Positions 1 through 9,518 are shown, counted from the first letter of the stretch. The stretch is 64,000 bases of DNA from Hyphomonadaceae bacterium (GCA_019753105.1 JAIELJ010000007.1:57195-121194); one strand, 5' to 3'. Notes: a model not told the origin generated them from the sequence alone. Numbers and translations are program-made.

Positions 1-194
1 TGGAGACATTCGCTACCGTGCTGCGCGCCGACATCCTCGAAGTCATGCTGAAAAGCGGCGTCGCTGCACGCGAAGCGCCGCCGGCCGATGCGCCGCCGAG
101 CGATCGGATCGAGAGCATCGAGGCACGTTTGGACGCGATCGATACCTGGCTCGCAGAGTTCGAAGCACAGGCCAAAAAGAAGGCGGCTGGTTAA
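1..194 (+). CDS. 3' end of a hypothetical protein (5' partial)
   Basis: Open frame from position 3 (ETFATVLRADILEVMLK...AKKKAAG) to TAA at 192-194. Confidence 0.6.
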   Translation, partial: ETFATVLRADILEVMLKSGVAAREAPPADAPPSDRIESIEARLDAIDTWLAEFEAQAKKKAAG

Positions 195-289
195 AGGAGC
201 GCGGGTCTTCAGACCCGCTTTTTTTCAACCTACACCGGCGTCAGCTTGAGCCTGAAGAAGATGCGGGTCTGAAGACCCGCGCTCCTTTA
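192..289. repeat. REP-doublet (REPIN/BIME-like) inverted repeat
   Basis: Perfect 27-bp inverted repeat (192-218 / 263-289); each arm holds the hairpin GCGGGTC-TTCA-GACCCGC or its complement; lies between convergent stop codons. Confidence 0.8.
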
Positions 290-511
290 GGCCCTCACGT
301 CAAACGCGATGCCCGCTCGGATGCGCTTGGGCTGGTCTGCGTAGCCTTGAACGAAGCTGGTTTCCGGCTTCGCGATTTGGTTGACGAGTGTGGCTGCGAA
401 AAGAGGATCGAGGTAGCGGCGGGGGGCGCGGCGGTCTGCGTTGCGCCGGTCACCGCGGCGGCTATCGCCGGGTTCCTCAACGTAACGAAGGTGGTGCACG
501 CCATCGCCCAT
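287..511 (-). CDS. Small Arg-rich hypothetical protein (74 aa)
   Basis: ATG at 511; MGDGVHHLRY...RRGDRRNADRR...FDVRA; fills the gap before the amidase. Confidence 0.65.
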   Translation of the reverse strand: MGDGVHHLRYVEEPGDSRRGDRRNADRRAPRRYLDPLFAATLVNQIAKPETSFVQGYADQPKRIRAGIAFDVRA

Positions 512-591
512 GAGACGCGCGCTGCATCGGGCGTGCCAAACGCGAATTAACCGCTTAACCTTGCCCGCAAAGAACAAGGGTGGAGCGCGCG

Positions 592-2022
592 ATGAGCTTT
601 GCAGATTACGCAGCCTATGACGGTCTGGGCCTCGCCGAGCTTGTGCGGAAGAGAGAGATAACACCCGCCGAATTGCTCGACGCAGCGATCGAACGCATTG
701 AACGCCACAATGGCGTGCTCAACGCCGTCGTTTACAAAGCTTACGATGAAGCGCGCGAGACAGCGAAAGGCGCTCTGCCTGACGGCGCCTTCAAAGGCGT
801 GCCGTTTTTGATCAAGGATTTGGGCGTTAGAGTTAAGGGCTGGCCGCGCACATCGGGCAGTCACTTCGCCTGCGTTGACGCCGATGCGGAGGACACTGAG
901 ATCGCCGCGCGCTATCGCGCGAGCGGCGTTGTGCTGGCGGGCAAGACCAACACGCCGGAATTCGGCATTCCGGGCGTAACCACGTCGGCGCGCTTGGGCC
1001 CTTGCCGCAATCCCTGGAATCCCGATCACATCTCCGGCGGCTCATCCGGCGGCGCGGCGTCCGCTGTTGCGAGCGGCATGGTCCCGCTGGCGCACGCAAG
1101 CGACGGCCTGGGCTCGATCCGCATTCCTGCGGCATGCTGCGGTTTGGTCGGCATGAAGACGACGCGCGACCGTAACCCGAATGGTCAACATGATACGGAT
1201 CGCGCGATTGGTTTGAGCGTCGATCACGTCGTCTCGCGCACAGTGCGTGATAGTGCGGCGATGCTTGATGCGACGGGCTATCCGGAAACCAATAGCCCGT
1301 TCGCCTATCCGGCCAAGGAGCGGCCCTATATCGAAGAGGTGACGCACTCGCCGGGCAAATTGCGTATTGCGTTCTCAAGTGAAACGCCGAGCGGACGGCC
1401 GGTCGATCCTGAAATCCGCGCGGCACTCGAACGCACGGCCGAAACACTTAAAGCGCTCGGCCATGATGTGCGCGAGGAGGGGCTGGGGATCGACTATCGC
1501 TTGCTTTATCGCGCGCAAGGTTACGTCTCCGCCGCCAATCTCTCAGCGACAATGAAGCGCTGGATCGAGATCAAGGGCCGCGAACCTGCCGATGATGAAC
1601 TCGAAGGCTTGGCGCGGCGCGGTTACGAGGCGGGCAAGAAGCTCACGGCTCAAGACGCAGGCTGGGGCTGGCAGCAATTGCGGACGATGAACCGCCAGAT
1701 ACTCTCGAAGTTCGAGACCTGGGATGTGTGGCTGACGCCGGTGCTCAACACCAACGTCCCGCGCGTTGACTGGCTCGATCCGCTGATGAGCGATCTCAAG
1801 GAGTTCGATAGCCGTCAGGCGCAAACCTTCGGCTTCACGCCGCCGTTCAACTTGACTGGTCAACCTTCGCTCTCGCTGCCGCTTTGGCAAAGCGCGAGCA
1901 ATCTGCCGATCGGCATGATGTTCACCGGCCGCTACGCCGATGAAGCCACGCTGTTCCGGCTTGCCGGGCAGTTGGAGAAAGAGCTGCCATGGGCTGATCG
2001 CAAGCCGGTGCTTTGGGATTAA
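592..2022 (+). CDS. Amidase signature family protein
   Basis: GGSSGG and [11 protein letters not shown] amidase signature, catalytic Lys in PFLIKD; GGAG SD 6 nt before ATG 592. Confidence 0.93.
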   Translation: MSFADYAAYDGLGLAELVRKREITPAELLDAAIERIERHNGVLNAVVYKAYDEARETAKGALPDGAFKGVPFLIKDLGVRVKGWPRTSGSHFACVDADAEDTEIAARYRASGVVLAGKTNTPEFGIPGVTTSARLGPCRNPWNPDHISGGSSGGAASAVASGMVPLAHASDGLGSIRIPAACCGLVGMKTTRDRNPNGQHDTDRAIGLSVDHVVSRTVRDSAAMLDATGYPETNSPFAYPAKERPYIEEVTHSPGKLRIAFSSETPSGRPVDPEIRAALERTAETLKALGHDVREEGLGIDYRLLYRAQGYVSAANLSATMKRWIEIKGREPADDELEGLARRGYEAGKKLTAQDAGWGWQQLRTMNRQILSKFETWDVWLTPVLNTNVPRVDWLDPLMSDLKEFDSRQAQTFGFTPPFNLTGQPSLSLPLWQSASNLPIGMMFTGRYADEATLFRLAGQLEKELPWADRKPVLWD

Positions 2023-2098
2023 CGTTTAGTGTGACGAGCGACACGGCAGGCGCGCTATTCGAGCTCTAGCTGGTGCGTACTCGCAAGGAAAAGCAAAT

Positions 2099-2911
2099 AT
2101 GAATCCGAATAAAGCGCTCTGGGAAAAGGGCGACTTCACCCGCTTGGCAGCCACAATGCGCGAAAGCGGTGATGCGCTCGTTGAAAGCATTGGCGTGACG
2201 CCGGGCATGAAGGTGCTCGATCTTGGCTGCGGCGACGGCACGACTGCGCTGCCCGCCGCGCAACGCGGCGCGGATGTGTTGGGCGTCGACATCGCCGCCA
2301 ACCTCGTTGCCGCCGGCAACAAGCGTGCTGAAGAGGCGGGCCTGAAAAACCTGCGCTTCCAGGAAGGTGACGCCTGTAATCTGGAGGACATCGGCGATCA
2401 GCAGTTCGATCTCGTCGTCACCATTTTCGGCGCGATGTTTGCGCCGAAGCCGCATGACGTGGCCAAGGAAATGGTGCGCGTCACCAAGCCTGGCGGGCGC
2501 ATCGTGATGGGCAATTGGATCCCGAACGATCCGACGCTTGTCGCCTCGATCCTGAAGATCAGCGCCGCCTACACGCCGCCGCCGCCCGAAGGCTTCGTTA
2601 GCCCGATGTTGTGGGGCTCGGAGGATCACGTCGCCGAACGCTTCGCCGGCGCCGGCATCGCGCGCGACCACATCACGTTCCAGCGCGATACCTACACGTT
2701 CAACTTCCCCGGCGCACCGAGCGGGTTCGTGAATACGTTCGCCAGCTTCTACGGGCCGACGATGAACGCGTTCGCGGCGGCGGAGGCGAACGGCAAGCAA
2801 GATGCGTTGCGCGAGGAATTGGAGGCGCTGTTCGCCGCGCAAAACAAGAGCGGGCGCAGCGACTTCACGTCCTGCCCGGCGACATTCCTGCGGGTGACTG
2901 TGCAGCGCTAA
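2099..2911 (+). CDS. Class I SAM-dependent methyltransferase
   Basis: VLDLGCGDG motif I, GVD acidic motif, FQEGDA, KPGG. Confidence 0.9.
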   Translation: MNPNKALWEKGDFTRLAATMRESGDALVESIGVTPGMKVLDLGCGDGTTALPAAQRGADVLGVDIAANLVAAGNKRAEEAGLKNLRFQEGDACNLEDIGDQQFDLVVTIFGAMFAPKPHDVAKEMVRVTKPGGRIVMGNWIPNDPTLVASILKISAAYTPPPPEGFVSPMLWGSEDHVAERFAGAGIARDHITFQRDTYTFNFPGAPSGFVNTFASFYGPTMNAFAAAEANGKQDALREELEALFAAQNKSGRSDFTSCPATFLRVTVQR

Positions 2912-2917
2912 ACGAAA

Positions 2918-2945
2918 CGGACCGCTGGCTCGCGCCAGCGGTCCG
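2918..2945. terminator. Hairpin between convergent genes
   Basis: CGGACCGCTGGC-TCGC-GCCAGCGGTCCG, 12-bp perfect stem. Confidence 0.7.
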
Positions 2946-2969
2946 CATATTTCGTCTGAAAGAAGGCGC

Positions 2970-3623
2970 TTAGCGCTTCGTCATCGCGTCGAGCTGCTTT
3001 TGCATCGCTTCCATTTGCTGACGCAGCAGGGCGAGTTGTTCGTCCTTGTCTGCGTCATCAGCGGAAGCCGCTTTAGCGCCCGGCATTCCTGGCATGCCTG
3101 GGAAGGACGGCGGGAAAGGCAAGTTGGCGCCAGTGAGTGGGGCCCATGCCTGCAAGGCTTGCTGGAACATCGCCACGTTGCGCTGAGCTTGTTCTTCGAA
3201 CGCGGCCATCGGTGTTGCGGCGCCGAACGCGCGCGACATGTTCTCGCGCATCTTCTCTTGCGCCTTGGAGAAGCTCTCCATGCTCATTTCGAGATAGGGC
3301 GGCAGGAAGCCCTGCATCTGGTCGCCATAGAAGCGGATCAGACGGCGCAGGAACTGAACCGGGAGCAGGTTTTGGCCCTTGCTCTCTTGTTCGAAGATGA
3401 TCTGGGTCAGCACCGAGCGGGTGATGTCGTCGCCGCTCTTGGCGTCGAGGACGATAAAGTCCGTCCCTTCGCGCACCATTTCCGACAGATTGTCGAGCGT
3501 CACATAGGTCGACGCCGCCGTGTTGTAGAGCCGCCGATTGGCGTACTTTTTGATGATGACGGTCTCGCCGTCGCCTTCAGCGCCGCCAGCGTCCCCCGCT
3601 GTCTGGCCGTTCGCATCCGCCAC
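2970..3623 (-). CDS. phaR: Polyhydroxyalkanoate synthesis repressor PhaR
   Basis: IIKKYANRRLYNT...SKGQNLLP signature; GTG start at 3623 with AAGGA SD; divergent from phaA. Confidence 0.95.
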   Translation of the reverse strand: MADANGQTAGDAGGAEGDGETVIIKKYANRRLYNTAASTYVTLDNLSEMVREGTDFIVLDAKSGDDITRSVLTQIIFEQESKGQNLLPVQFLRRLIRFYGDQMQGFLPPYLEMSMESFSKAQEKMRENMSRAFGAATPMAAFEEQAQRNVAMFQQALQAWAPLTGANLPFPPSFPGMPGMPGAKAASADDADKDEQLALLRQQMEAMQKQLDAMTKR

Positions 3624-3694
3624 GTTAGTGTCCTTATGAAAATCTTGGGCGCCCGCGAAGGCGGGCTTTGGACGGAGAATCCCGCGTCCTTGGG

Positions 3695-3704
3695 TGCAAT
3701 GCAA
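3695..3704 (-). promoter_or_regulatory. PhaR-box-like site upstream of phaR
   Basis: Minus strand reads TTGCATTGCA, fitting TGCRNYGCA; PhaR autoregulation is established for the family. Confidence 0.5.
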
Positions 3705-3829
3705 GACAAGACAGCCGTTTTCGCCTGCTCAAAGCGACGGTCAACCTTGGATTCCGAGCACCGCTCGTGCGATAGGGCTATTCAAGACCTCTTTTTCTCC
3801 AACGCCTTGCAGCTTTCGGAGCATAGCCC

Positions 3830-5002
3830 ATGACCGACATCGTGATCGTTTCCGCCGCCCGCACCCCGGTCGGCTCGTTCAATGGCAGCTTTGCTGCAGT
3901 GCCCGCCCACACGCTCGGCGCGACAGCGATCACAGCTGCGCTGCAGCGCGCCAATGTTGACCCGAAAGACGTGTCAGAAGTGGTGCTCGGCCAGGTGCTG
4001 ACCGCTGGCCAAGGCATGAACCCGGCCCGCCAAGCCTCGCGCGCCGCCGGCGTCTCCGATGACAGCCCGGCCTGGTCGCTGAACCAAGTCTGCGGCTCAG
4101 GGCTTCGCGCCGTCGTCGTCGGCTACCAGCAGCTCAAGGCTGGCGACGCGAAGGTGATCGTCGCGGGCGGGCAGGAGAGCATGAGCCTCAGCCCACACGC
4201 CGCGCACCTGCGCAACGGCCAGAAGATGGGCGATCTCTCGTTCACCGACACGATGATCAAGGACGGCCTGACCGACGTCTTCAATCAATATCACATGGGC
4301 ATCACGGCCGAGAACGTCGCCGAGAAGTGGCAGATCACGCGCGAGCAACAAGATCAGTTCGCGACGCTCAGCCAGCAGAAGGCCAGCGCTGCGCAGAAGG
4401 CCGGCAAGTTCAAGGACGAGATCGTCGCCGTCACCGTGAAGGGTCGCAAGGGCGACACGGTCGTCGAGAATGACGAGTACATCAAACACGACGCCACCGT
4501 TGAAGGCGCAGCGGGGCTCCGCGCTGCGTTCAAGAAAGACGGCACCGTCACCGCCGCCAACGCCTCGGGCATCAATGACGGCGCAGCAGCGCTCGTGCTG
4601 ATGACGGCGGATGAAGCCAAGGCGCGCGGCCTCACGCCGCTGGCACGCATCGCCTCATGGGCCTCGCGTGGTGTTGATCCGAGCGTGATGGGCACAGGGC
4701 CGATCCCGTCCTCGAAGGCAGCACTTGAGCGCGCTGGTTGGAAAGTCTCCGATCTCGATCTGGTCGAGTCCAACGAAGCGTTCGCGGCGCAAGCCTGCGC
4801 GGTGAACAAGGATATGGGCTGGGATACCGACATCGTGAACGTCAACGGCGGCGCCATCGCCATCGGCCACCCGATCGGCGCCTCCGGCGCACGCGTACTG
4901 ACGACGCTGCTCTATGAGCTGCAACGGCGCGGGAAGAGCAAAGGCTTGGCCACGCTCTGCATCGGCGGCGGCATGGGCATCGCGGTTTGCGTGGAGCGGT
5001 AG
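3830..5002 (+). CDS. phaA: Acetyl-CoA C-acetyltransferase (beta-ketothiolase)
   Basis: NQVCGSG, NEAFA, GHPIGASG and CIGGG thiolase motifs; next to phaR. Confidence 0.95.
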   Translation: MTDIVIVSAARTPVGSFNGSFAAVPAHTLGATAITAALQRANVDPKDVSEVVLGQVLTAGQGMNPARQASRAAGVSDDSPAWSLNQVCGSGLRAVVVGYQQLKAGDAKVIVAGGQESMSLSPHAAHLRNGQKMGDLSFTDTMIKDGLTDVFNQYHMGITAENVAEKWQITREQQDQFATLSQQKASAAQKAGKFKDEIVAVTVKGRKGDTVVENDEYIKHDATVEGAAGLRAAFKKDGTVTAANASGINDGAAALVLMTADEAKARGLTPLARIASWASRGVDPSVMGTGPIPSSKAALERAGWKVSDLDLVESNEAFAAQACAVNKDMGWDTDIVNVNGGAIAIGHPIGASGARVLTTLLYELQRRGKSKGLATLCIGGGMGIAVCVER

Positions 5003-5014
5003 TTCGAAAGTCGC

Positions 5015-5428
5015 GTGATACTCCGACTGTGCGCGGTATTCATAGCTGGCTGTCTGCTCGCGAGTTGCAGTGATGTGATGCGCGACCAACGCATCGTTGG
5101 TCGCTACTATCTGGTTGCCATTGATCTCTCAGAAAATACGCGGGTATGCTTTCGACCCGAGAACGCGTATTGCGTTGGTGAAGGGCTGCCCGATGCAACC
5201 GTTTTTTCTGCTGGTGGCAACGATCGATACGTCGTCGTGGCGCGTCACCCAGCCGATGAGCAATATCGGTTCGATCGGAACGTAACAGAGTATTACGACA
5301 TCGTCCGCGAACCTAGTGACCGACGCGTCGGGCGCGTGGTTGGCCCTCTGGACTTAGCTACCTTCGAAGCGGAGTCCGAAAGGCTTTCCCTTCCGCCACT
5401 TTCCATAACTATTGAGAGGCTGCGGTAA
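5015..5428 (+). CDS. Hypothetical lipoprotein
   Basis: 137 aa; lipobox LASC; visibly more AT-rich than neighbours. Confidence 0.7.
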   Translation: MILRLCAVFIAGCLLASCSDVMRDQRIVGRYYLVAIDLSENTRVCFRPENAYCVGEGLPDATVFSAGGNDRYVVVARHPADEQYRFDRNVTEYYDIVREPSDRRVGRVVGPLDLATFEAESERLSLPPLSITIERLR

Positions 5429-5453
5429 CTGAAGGGTGCTGCCGACTTCTTTA

Positions 5454-5469
5454 GATGTAGCGCTACATC
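5454..5469. terminator. Perfect 16-bp palindrome between convergent ORFs
   Basis: GATGTAGCGCTACATC. Confidence 0.45.
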
Positions 5470-5471
5470 CG

Positions 5472-5720
5472 CTACACCGCCTTCGGCGGCGTCAGAAAAA
5501 CATCCGTCACCGCTGCGCCGGCGCACAGTTCGCACTTCAGTTTGATCGGGCCATCGCGCTCGTCATAGCCCAGCTCACGGATTGCCTCGCGCCGTCCCTC
5601 GGACCACGCTTCGCTCCAATCGCAGGCGAAATCCGTGTAGGTCGTGTCGCAATGCGGACAGGCGAGCGTTTTGATGTTTTCACGAAACGCGCGACGAATC
5701 TCTTCAGCAGAAACGGCCAT
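5472..5720 (-). CDS. Small zinc-ribbon-like hypothetical protein
   Basis: 82 aa with CPHC and CELC pairs. Confidence 0.7.
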   Translation of the reverse strand: MAVSAEEIRRAFRENIKTLACPHCDTTYTDFACDWSEAWSEGRREAIRELGYDERDGPIKLKCELCAGAAVTDVFLTPPKAV

Positions 5721-5828
5721 GCCCTAGCTAACAGGAAGAGCCGCTGCGCAAGCAAGCCTATGCAACTGGCGACCCCGATCAACGCTCGATAAGCTCGGCG
5801 CTCGAGGCCTCGAATCCAGGAGCTCCAA

Positions 5829-6839
5829 GTGAAGCGAGTGATGTGCGCGCCATTGTTTGCGCTGCTAGCATTGGCTTGGGGTGATCTCGCCGCAGCCCAG
5901 ACGCAGACAGACGCTTGCGCGCGGACGGAGATTGAAAAAATCGAAGGGCCGGGTGTGTGGCAGCCGGGGCCGGGCGGAAACCAGATTCCAATTTGGCCCG
6001 ATGGCCACGCCATTCAGTTGCCGGACACGGGCGGTAATGAGGAATGGGTGGGCAATGGCTCGCCGCTTGTCGCGGGGCGGACCTGGAATTGGGCGACGTA
6101 TATTTCGCGTCCGACGATGACGATCTATGCGCCGCAAGGCGCAAACAGCGGTGCGGCAATGTTGGTGTTGCCGGGCGGCGGCTATGCGGCGGTCGCCATG
6201 GATCTCGAAGGCACGGAGATATGCGAATGGATCACGGCGCAAGGCGTGACCTGCATCGTGTTGAAGTACCGCGTCCCGCAGGTTTGGCGTCGTGGCGCCG
6301 ATGGCGCGCGGCAACCGCCGGAGGTTTCGCTTCCTCTGCAGGACGCGCAACGGGCGATGAGCCTGCTCCGCCACAACGCCGCTACGTACAACATCGATCC
6401 TGATCGGATCGGTGTGATCGGTTTTTCCGCTGGCGGGCACCTGACGGCTTTGCTCAGCAATGCGCAAGCGCGCACCTATGATCGGGTGGATGAAGCGGAC
6501 GACGCGCAATCGCGGCCTAATTTCGCGATCCTCGCATACCCCGGACGGCTCTGGGACAGGCGCGCGCAGCCAAATCTCCTGAGGCTTGCCCCATGGATTG
6601 AAGTGCGCGCGGACGCGCCGCCGACGCTTCTGATCCATGCGATGAACGATCCGGTTGATGAGGTTCAGCATTCGATGGCGTACGGCCTAGCGTTGAGCGA
6701 GCTTGGCGTACCGGTCGATATGCGTTTCTTCGCCGGCGGCTGTCACGCGTTTGGCTTGCGGCCCACGTCCGACCCGATCACGACCCAATGGCCCGGCCTC
6801 ACCGTCGATTGGCTGCGCAACATCGACGTGCTGCAATAG
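5829..6839 (+). CDS. Secreted alpha/beta hydrolase (acetyl-esterase-like)
   Basis: Signal peptide, LPGGGY, GFSAGG nucleophile elbow, HAFG. Confidence 0.88.
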   Translation: MKRVMCAPLFALLALAWGDLAAAQTQTDACARTEIEKIEGPGVWQPGPGGNQIPIWPDGHAIQLPDTGGNEEWVGNGSPLVAGRTWNWATYISRPTMTIYAPQGANSGAAMLVLPGGGYAAVAMDLEGTEICEWITAQGVTCIVLKYRVPQVWRRGADGARQPPEVSLPLQDAQRAMSLLRHNAATYNIDPDRIGVIGFSAGGHLTALLSNAQARTYDRVDEADDAQSRPNFAILAYPGRLWDRRAQPNLLRLAPWIEVRADAPPTLLIHAMNDPVDEVQHSMAYGLALSELGVPVDMRFFAGGCHAFGLRPTSDPITTQWPGLTVDWLRNIDVLQ

Positions 6840-6857
6840 GCTGGTGAGGGGGCGTAC

Positions 6858-7289
6858 ATGAGAGCGAAAGTTGCAAAGAAAAAGTCTGCGCCAACGAAGA
6901 AGGTGGCGCCAGCCAAGAAAGCCGCTCCATCGAAGCCGCACCGCATCTATTCCATGAGTGTCGCCAGCGTTTATCCGCACTACATCACCAAGGCGGAAAA
7001 GAAGGGGCGGACGAAGGAGGAGGTCGACCAGATCATCCGCTGGCTGACCGGCTATACGCAGGCAAAGCTCCATGCGCACATCAAGAAGGCGACGACGTTC
7101 GAAGATTTCTTCGCCGCCGCGCCAAAGCTCAACCCGTCGCGGGCGCTGATCACCGGCGTTATCTGCGGCGTTCGCATCGAAGAGATCGAAGACCCGCTGA
7201 TGCGCGAAATTCGCTATTTGGATAAGCTGATCGATGAATTGGCGAAGGGCCGGCCGATCGAGAAGATCCTTCGCAAGGCCGAGGGTTAG
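6858..7289 (+). CDS. DUF2200-like protein
   Basis: [31 protein letters not shown] and [15 protein letters not shown]; Lys-rich N-terminal extension. Confidence 0.85.
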   Translation: MRAKVAKKKSAPTKKVAPAKKAAPSKPHRIYSMSVASVYPHYITKAEKKGRTKEEVDQIIRWLTGYTQAKLHAHIKKATTFEDFFAAAPKLNPSRALITGVICGVRIEEIEDPLMREIRYLDKLIDELAKGRPIEKILRKAEG

Positions 7290-7446
7290 CGTCCCTTCTC
7301 CTGGTTAAGGAGAAGGTGGCGCGCAGCGCCGGATGAGGTTTACTGCGCGATCCGAATGAAGGCTCGCTTGCGTCACGTTCTGTTGGGCTGGAAAACCTCA
7401 CCCGTCTGCCTCGCAGACACCCTCTCTTTAACCAGGAGAGGGGACG
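7290..7446. repeat. MITE/REP-like palindromic intergenic element
   Basis: 29-bp terminal inverted repeats (7290-7318 / 7418-7446, 3 mismatches); inner IR CGGATGAGGTT / AACCTCACCCG. Confidence 0.8.
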
Positions 7447-7490
7447 CAGAGCTAGCCGTCTCGGTCGCTCCGCGCTAAGCCCAAAACGCC

Positions 7491-8210
7491 ATGTCGCAAG
7501 TCCAACGCAAACTCACCACCATCCTCGCCGCTGACGCCGCCGGCTATAGCGGCAGCATGGAGGCTAACGAGGTGCGGACGCTGGAAGCGTTGCGTGCGTC
7601 GCGGACGGTGTTCCAGCAATTCATCACTCGCCACCACGGCCGCATCGCCAACACGGCGGGCGACGGGTTGATCGCGGAGTTTCCCTCCGTCGTCGAAGCC
7701 GTGCAGTGCGCCATCGAAGTGCAGCGCGAACTTGGAACGGAAGTGCACAGCGGCCTGCGTTTCCGCATTGGCGTCCATCTCGGCGACGTCATCGTCGATG
7801 GCGATGATCTTTTGGGCGAAGGCGTCAATCTCGCAGCGCGCCTGCAAAGCATGGCTGAGCCTGGCGGCATTCTGATCTCGCAGCAGGTCTATGATCAGGT
7901 GCAGAAGAAGTTGTCGGTAGGCTTTGCGTATTTGGGCGAGAAGACTCCGAAGAACTTCAGCGAAAGCGTCGCCGTCTATAGCGTCGGCGGCGCCGAGGGA
8001 GGCGCTGGCAAAGCGCGCGCCGTGCGTGCGGCGCCGCCGAGTGAAGGCAAAGCGCAGTTCTTCGCGCGCGCTGGTCGCTTGGGCTTAATTCTTGCGGCGC
8101 TGTTTGCGATCGACTGGATGACCGGCGAAGAATGGTGGGTGCAGTGGCCGGCCATCGGCATGGCGCTATGGCTGGCGTTTAGGTCCGGGCCGCTGTTCGA
8201 GCGCTCCTAA
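7491..8210 (+). CDS. Class III adenylate/guanylate cyclase domain protein with a C-terminal two-TM segment
   Basis: ILAADAAGYS, TAGDG, FRIGVHLG and GVNLAARL motifs; hydrophobic C-terminus with WWVQWP. Confidence 0.88.
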   Translation: MSQVQRKLTTILAADAAGYSGSMEANEVRTLEALRASRTVFQQFITRHHGRIANTAGDGLIAEFPSVVEAVQCAIEVQRELGTEVHSGLRFRIGVHLGDVIVDGDDLLGEGVNLAARLQSMAEPGGILISQQVYDQVQKKLSVGFAYLGEKTPKNFSESVAVYSVGGAEGGAGKARAVRAAPPSEGKAQFFARAGRLGLILAALFAIDWMTGEEWWVQWPAIGMALWLAFRSGPLFERS

Positions 8211-8638
8211 GCGATCCCCAGTTCCCGTAGCACCGCGCCCTGATCGAAGTACGGGCGCTCGCACTTAATCTTGTCGCTGCCCGGTACGAACTCGAAGCTC
8301 GCGGCCATGCGCATGCGGAAGCTCTTGCCTGTCGGTTCGATGGTGCGGTTGCCGATCTTCAGCGGTCCCGAGTGTGTGCCCGTCAGCCAGAACTCGACCA
8401 GCACGGTGTCGTCGGCGTGCGCGATGGCGATGATCTCGTTGCCCTGGTCGGGGAAGGGCGTGCGTGAGGCGGCGAAATAGGCGCGCACGGCGGCTTCGCC
8501 GTCGAACACCTGGCCGCCGCCATACATCTCGTAGCGGGGGTGTTCGAACGTCGCGAGCACGGCGTCCCATTCATGGGTGATTTCGAGCCGCATGTGGTCG
8601 CGGACGGTTTGCAGGCGGCGTTCGGCGAGATCGGTCAT
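8207..8638 (-). CDS. Ester cyclase / SnoaL-like (NTF2-fold) protein
   Basis: EFWLTGTHSG, EPTGKSF and ERPYFDQ pattern; ATG at 8638. Confidence 0.82.
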   Translation of the reverse strand: MTDLAERRLQTVRDHMRLEITHEWDAVLATFEHPRYEMYGGGQVFDGEAAVRAYFAASRTPFPDQGNEIIAIAHADDTVLVEFWLTGTHSGPLKIGNRTIEPTGKSFRMRMAASFEFVPGSDKIKCERPYFDQGAVLRELGIA

Positions 8639-8793
8639 GCACGCAGTGTGAGCATGCGCGCGCGCCCGGCGCCAGCCTAACGTTCGCGGAAGGCTCGCCT
8701 GCGCCGATTTTTCAAGACGCGCCGTTGCCAGCGCGGGCAAGTCTTGCGAGGGTCCGCCCAACATTCGCATCAGACGAATTCGGGAGGAAGAGC

Positions 8794-9516
8794 ATGACAC
8801 GCGTCGCATTTGTAACCGGTGGCACCCGTGGGATCGGCAAAGCGATCTCGGCTCGGCTGAAGGCCGATGGCATGAAGGTCGCCGCCGGCTATTCCGGCAA
8901 TGACGCCGCCGCTGCTGAAACCGCCGCCGAACTCGGCATCATGGTGGTGAAGGGCAATGTCGGCGCGTTCGAAGATTGCGTGAAAGCGGCGCAGGCGGTT
9001 GAGGCCGAACTCGGCCCGATCGACGTGCTCGTCAACAATGCCGGCATCACGCGCGATGGCTTCTTCCATAAAATGAGCCATGAGCAATGGTCGGAAGTGA
9101 TCCGCGTGAACATGGATTCCTGTTTCAACATGACGCGCCAAGTCATCGAAGGCATGCGCGCGCGCTCATGGGGCCGGATCATCAATATCAGCTCGATCAA
9201 TGGCCAGAAGGGTCAAGCTGGTCAGGTGAACTATTCCGCTGCGAAAGCCGGCATGATCGGTTTCACGAAGGCGCTAGCGCAGGAAGGTGCGAGCAAGGGC
9301 ATCACGGTGAACTGTGTTTGCCCGGGCTACATCGACACCGACATGGTCGCCGCTGTGCCGGAAGACGTGCTGAAGAAGATCATCGGCACGATCCCCGTTG
9401 GTCGCCTCGGCAAAGCCGAGGAAATCGCTAGCGCTGTGTCATTTCTTGCATCGGAAGGTTCCGGTTTCATGACCGGTTCCACGTTGACGATGAATGGCGC
9501 CCAATACATCGCGTAA
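8794..9516 (+). CDS. phaB: Acetoacetyl-CoA reductase
   Basis: VTGGTRGIG, NNAGITRD, ISSINGQKGQ, NYSAAKAG; GGGAGG SD. Confidence 0.95.
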   Translation: MTRVAFVTGGTRGIGKAISARLKADGMKVAAGYSGNDAAAAETAAELGIMVVKGNVGAFEDCVKAAQAVEAELGPIDVLVNNAGITRDGFFHKMSHEQWSEVIRVNMDSCFNMTRQVIEGMRARSWGRIINISSINGQKGQAGQVNYSAAKAGMIGFTKALAQEGASKGITVNCVCPGYIDTDMVAAVPEDVLKKIIGTIPVGRLGKAEEIASAVSFLASEGSGFMTGSTLTMNGAQYIA

Positions 9517-9518
9517 TC

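Noticed and set aside
7491-8210. Pycsar or CBASS defence system
   Set aside because: No separate effector gene, no defence neighbours, and no extra PycC-type domain; kept only as a low-interest cyclase.
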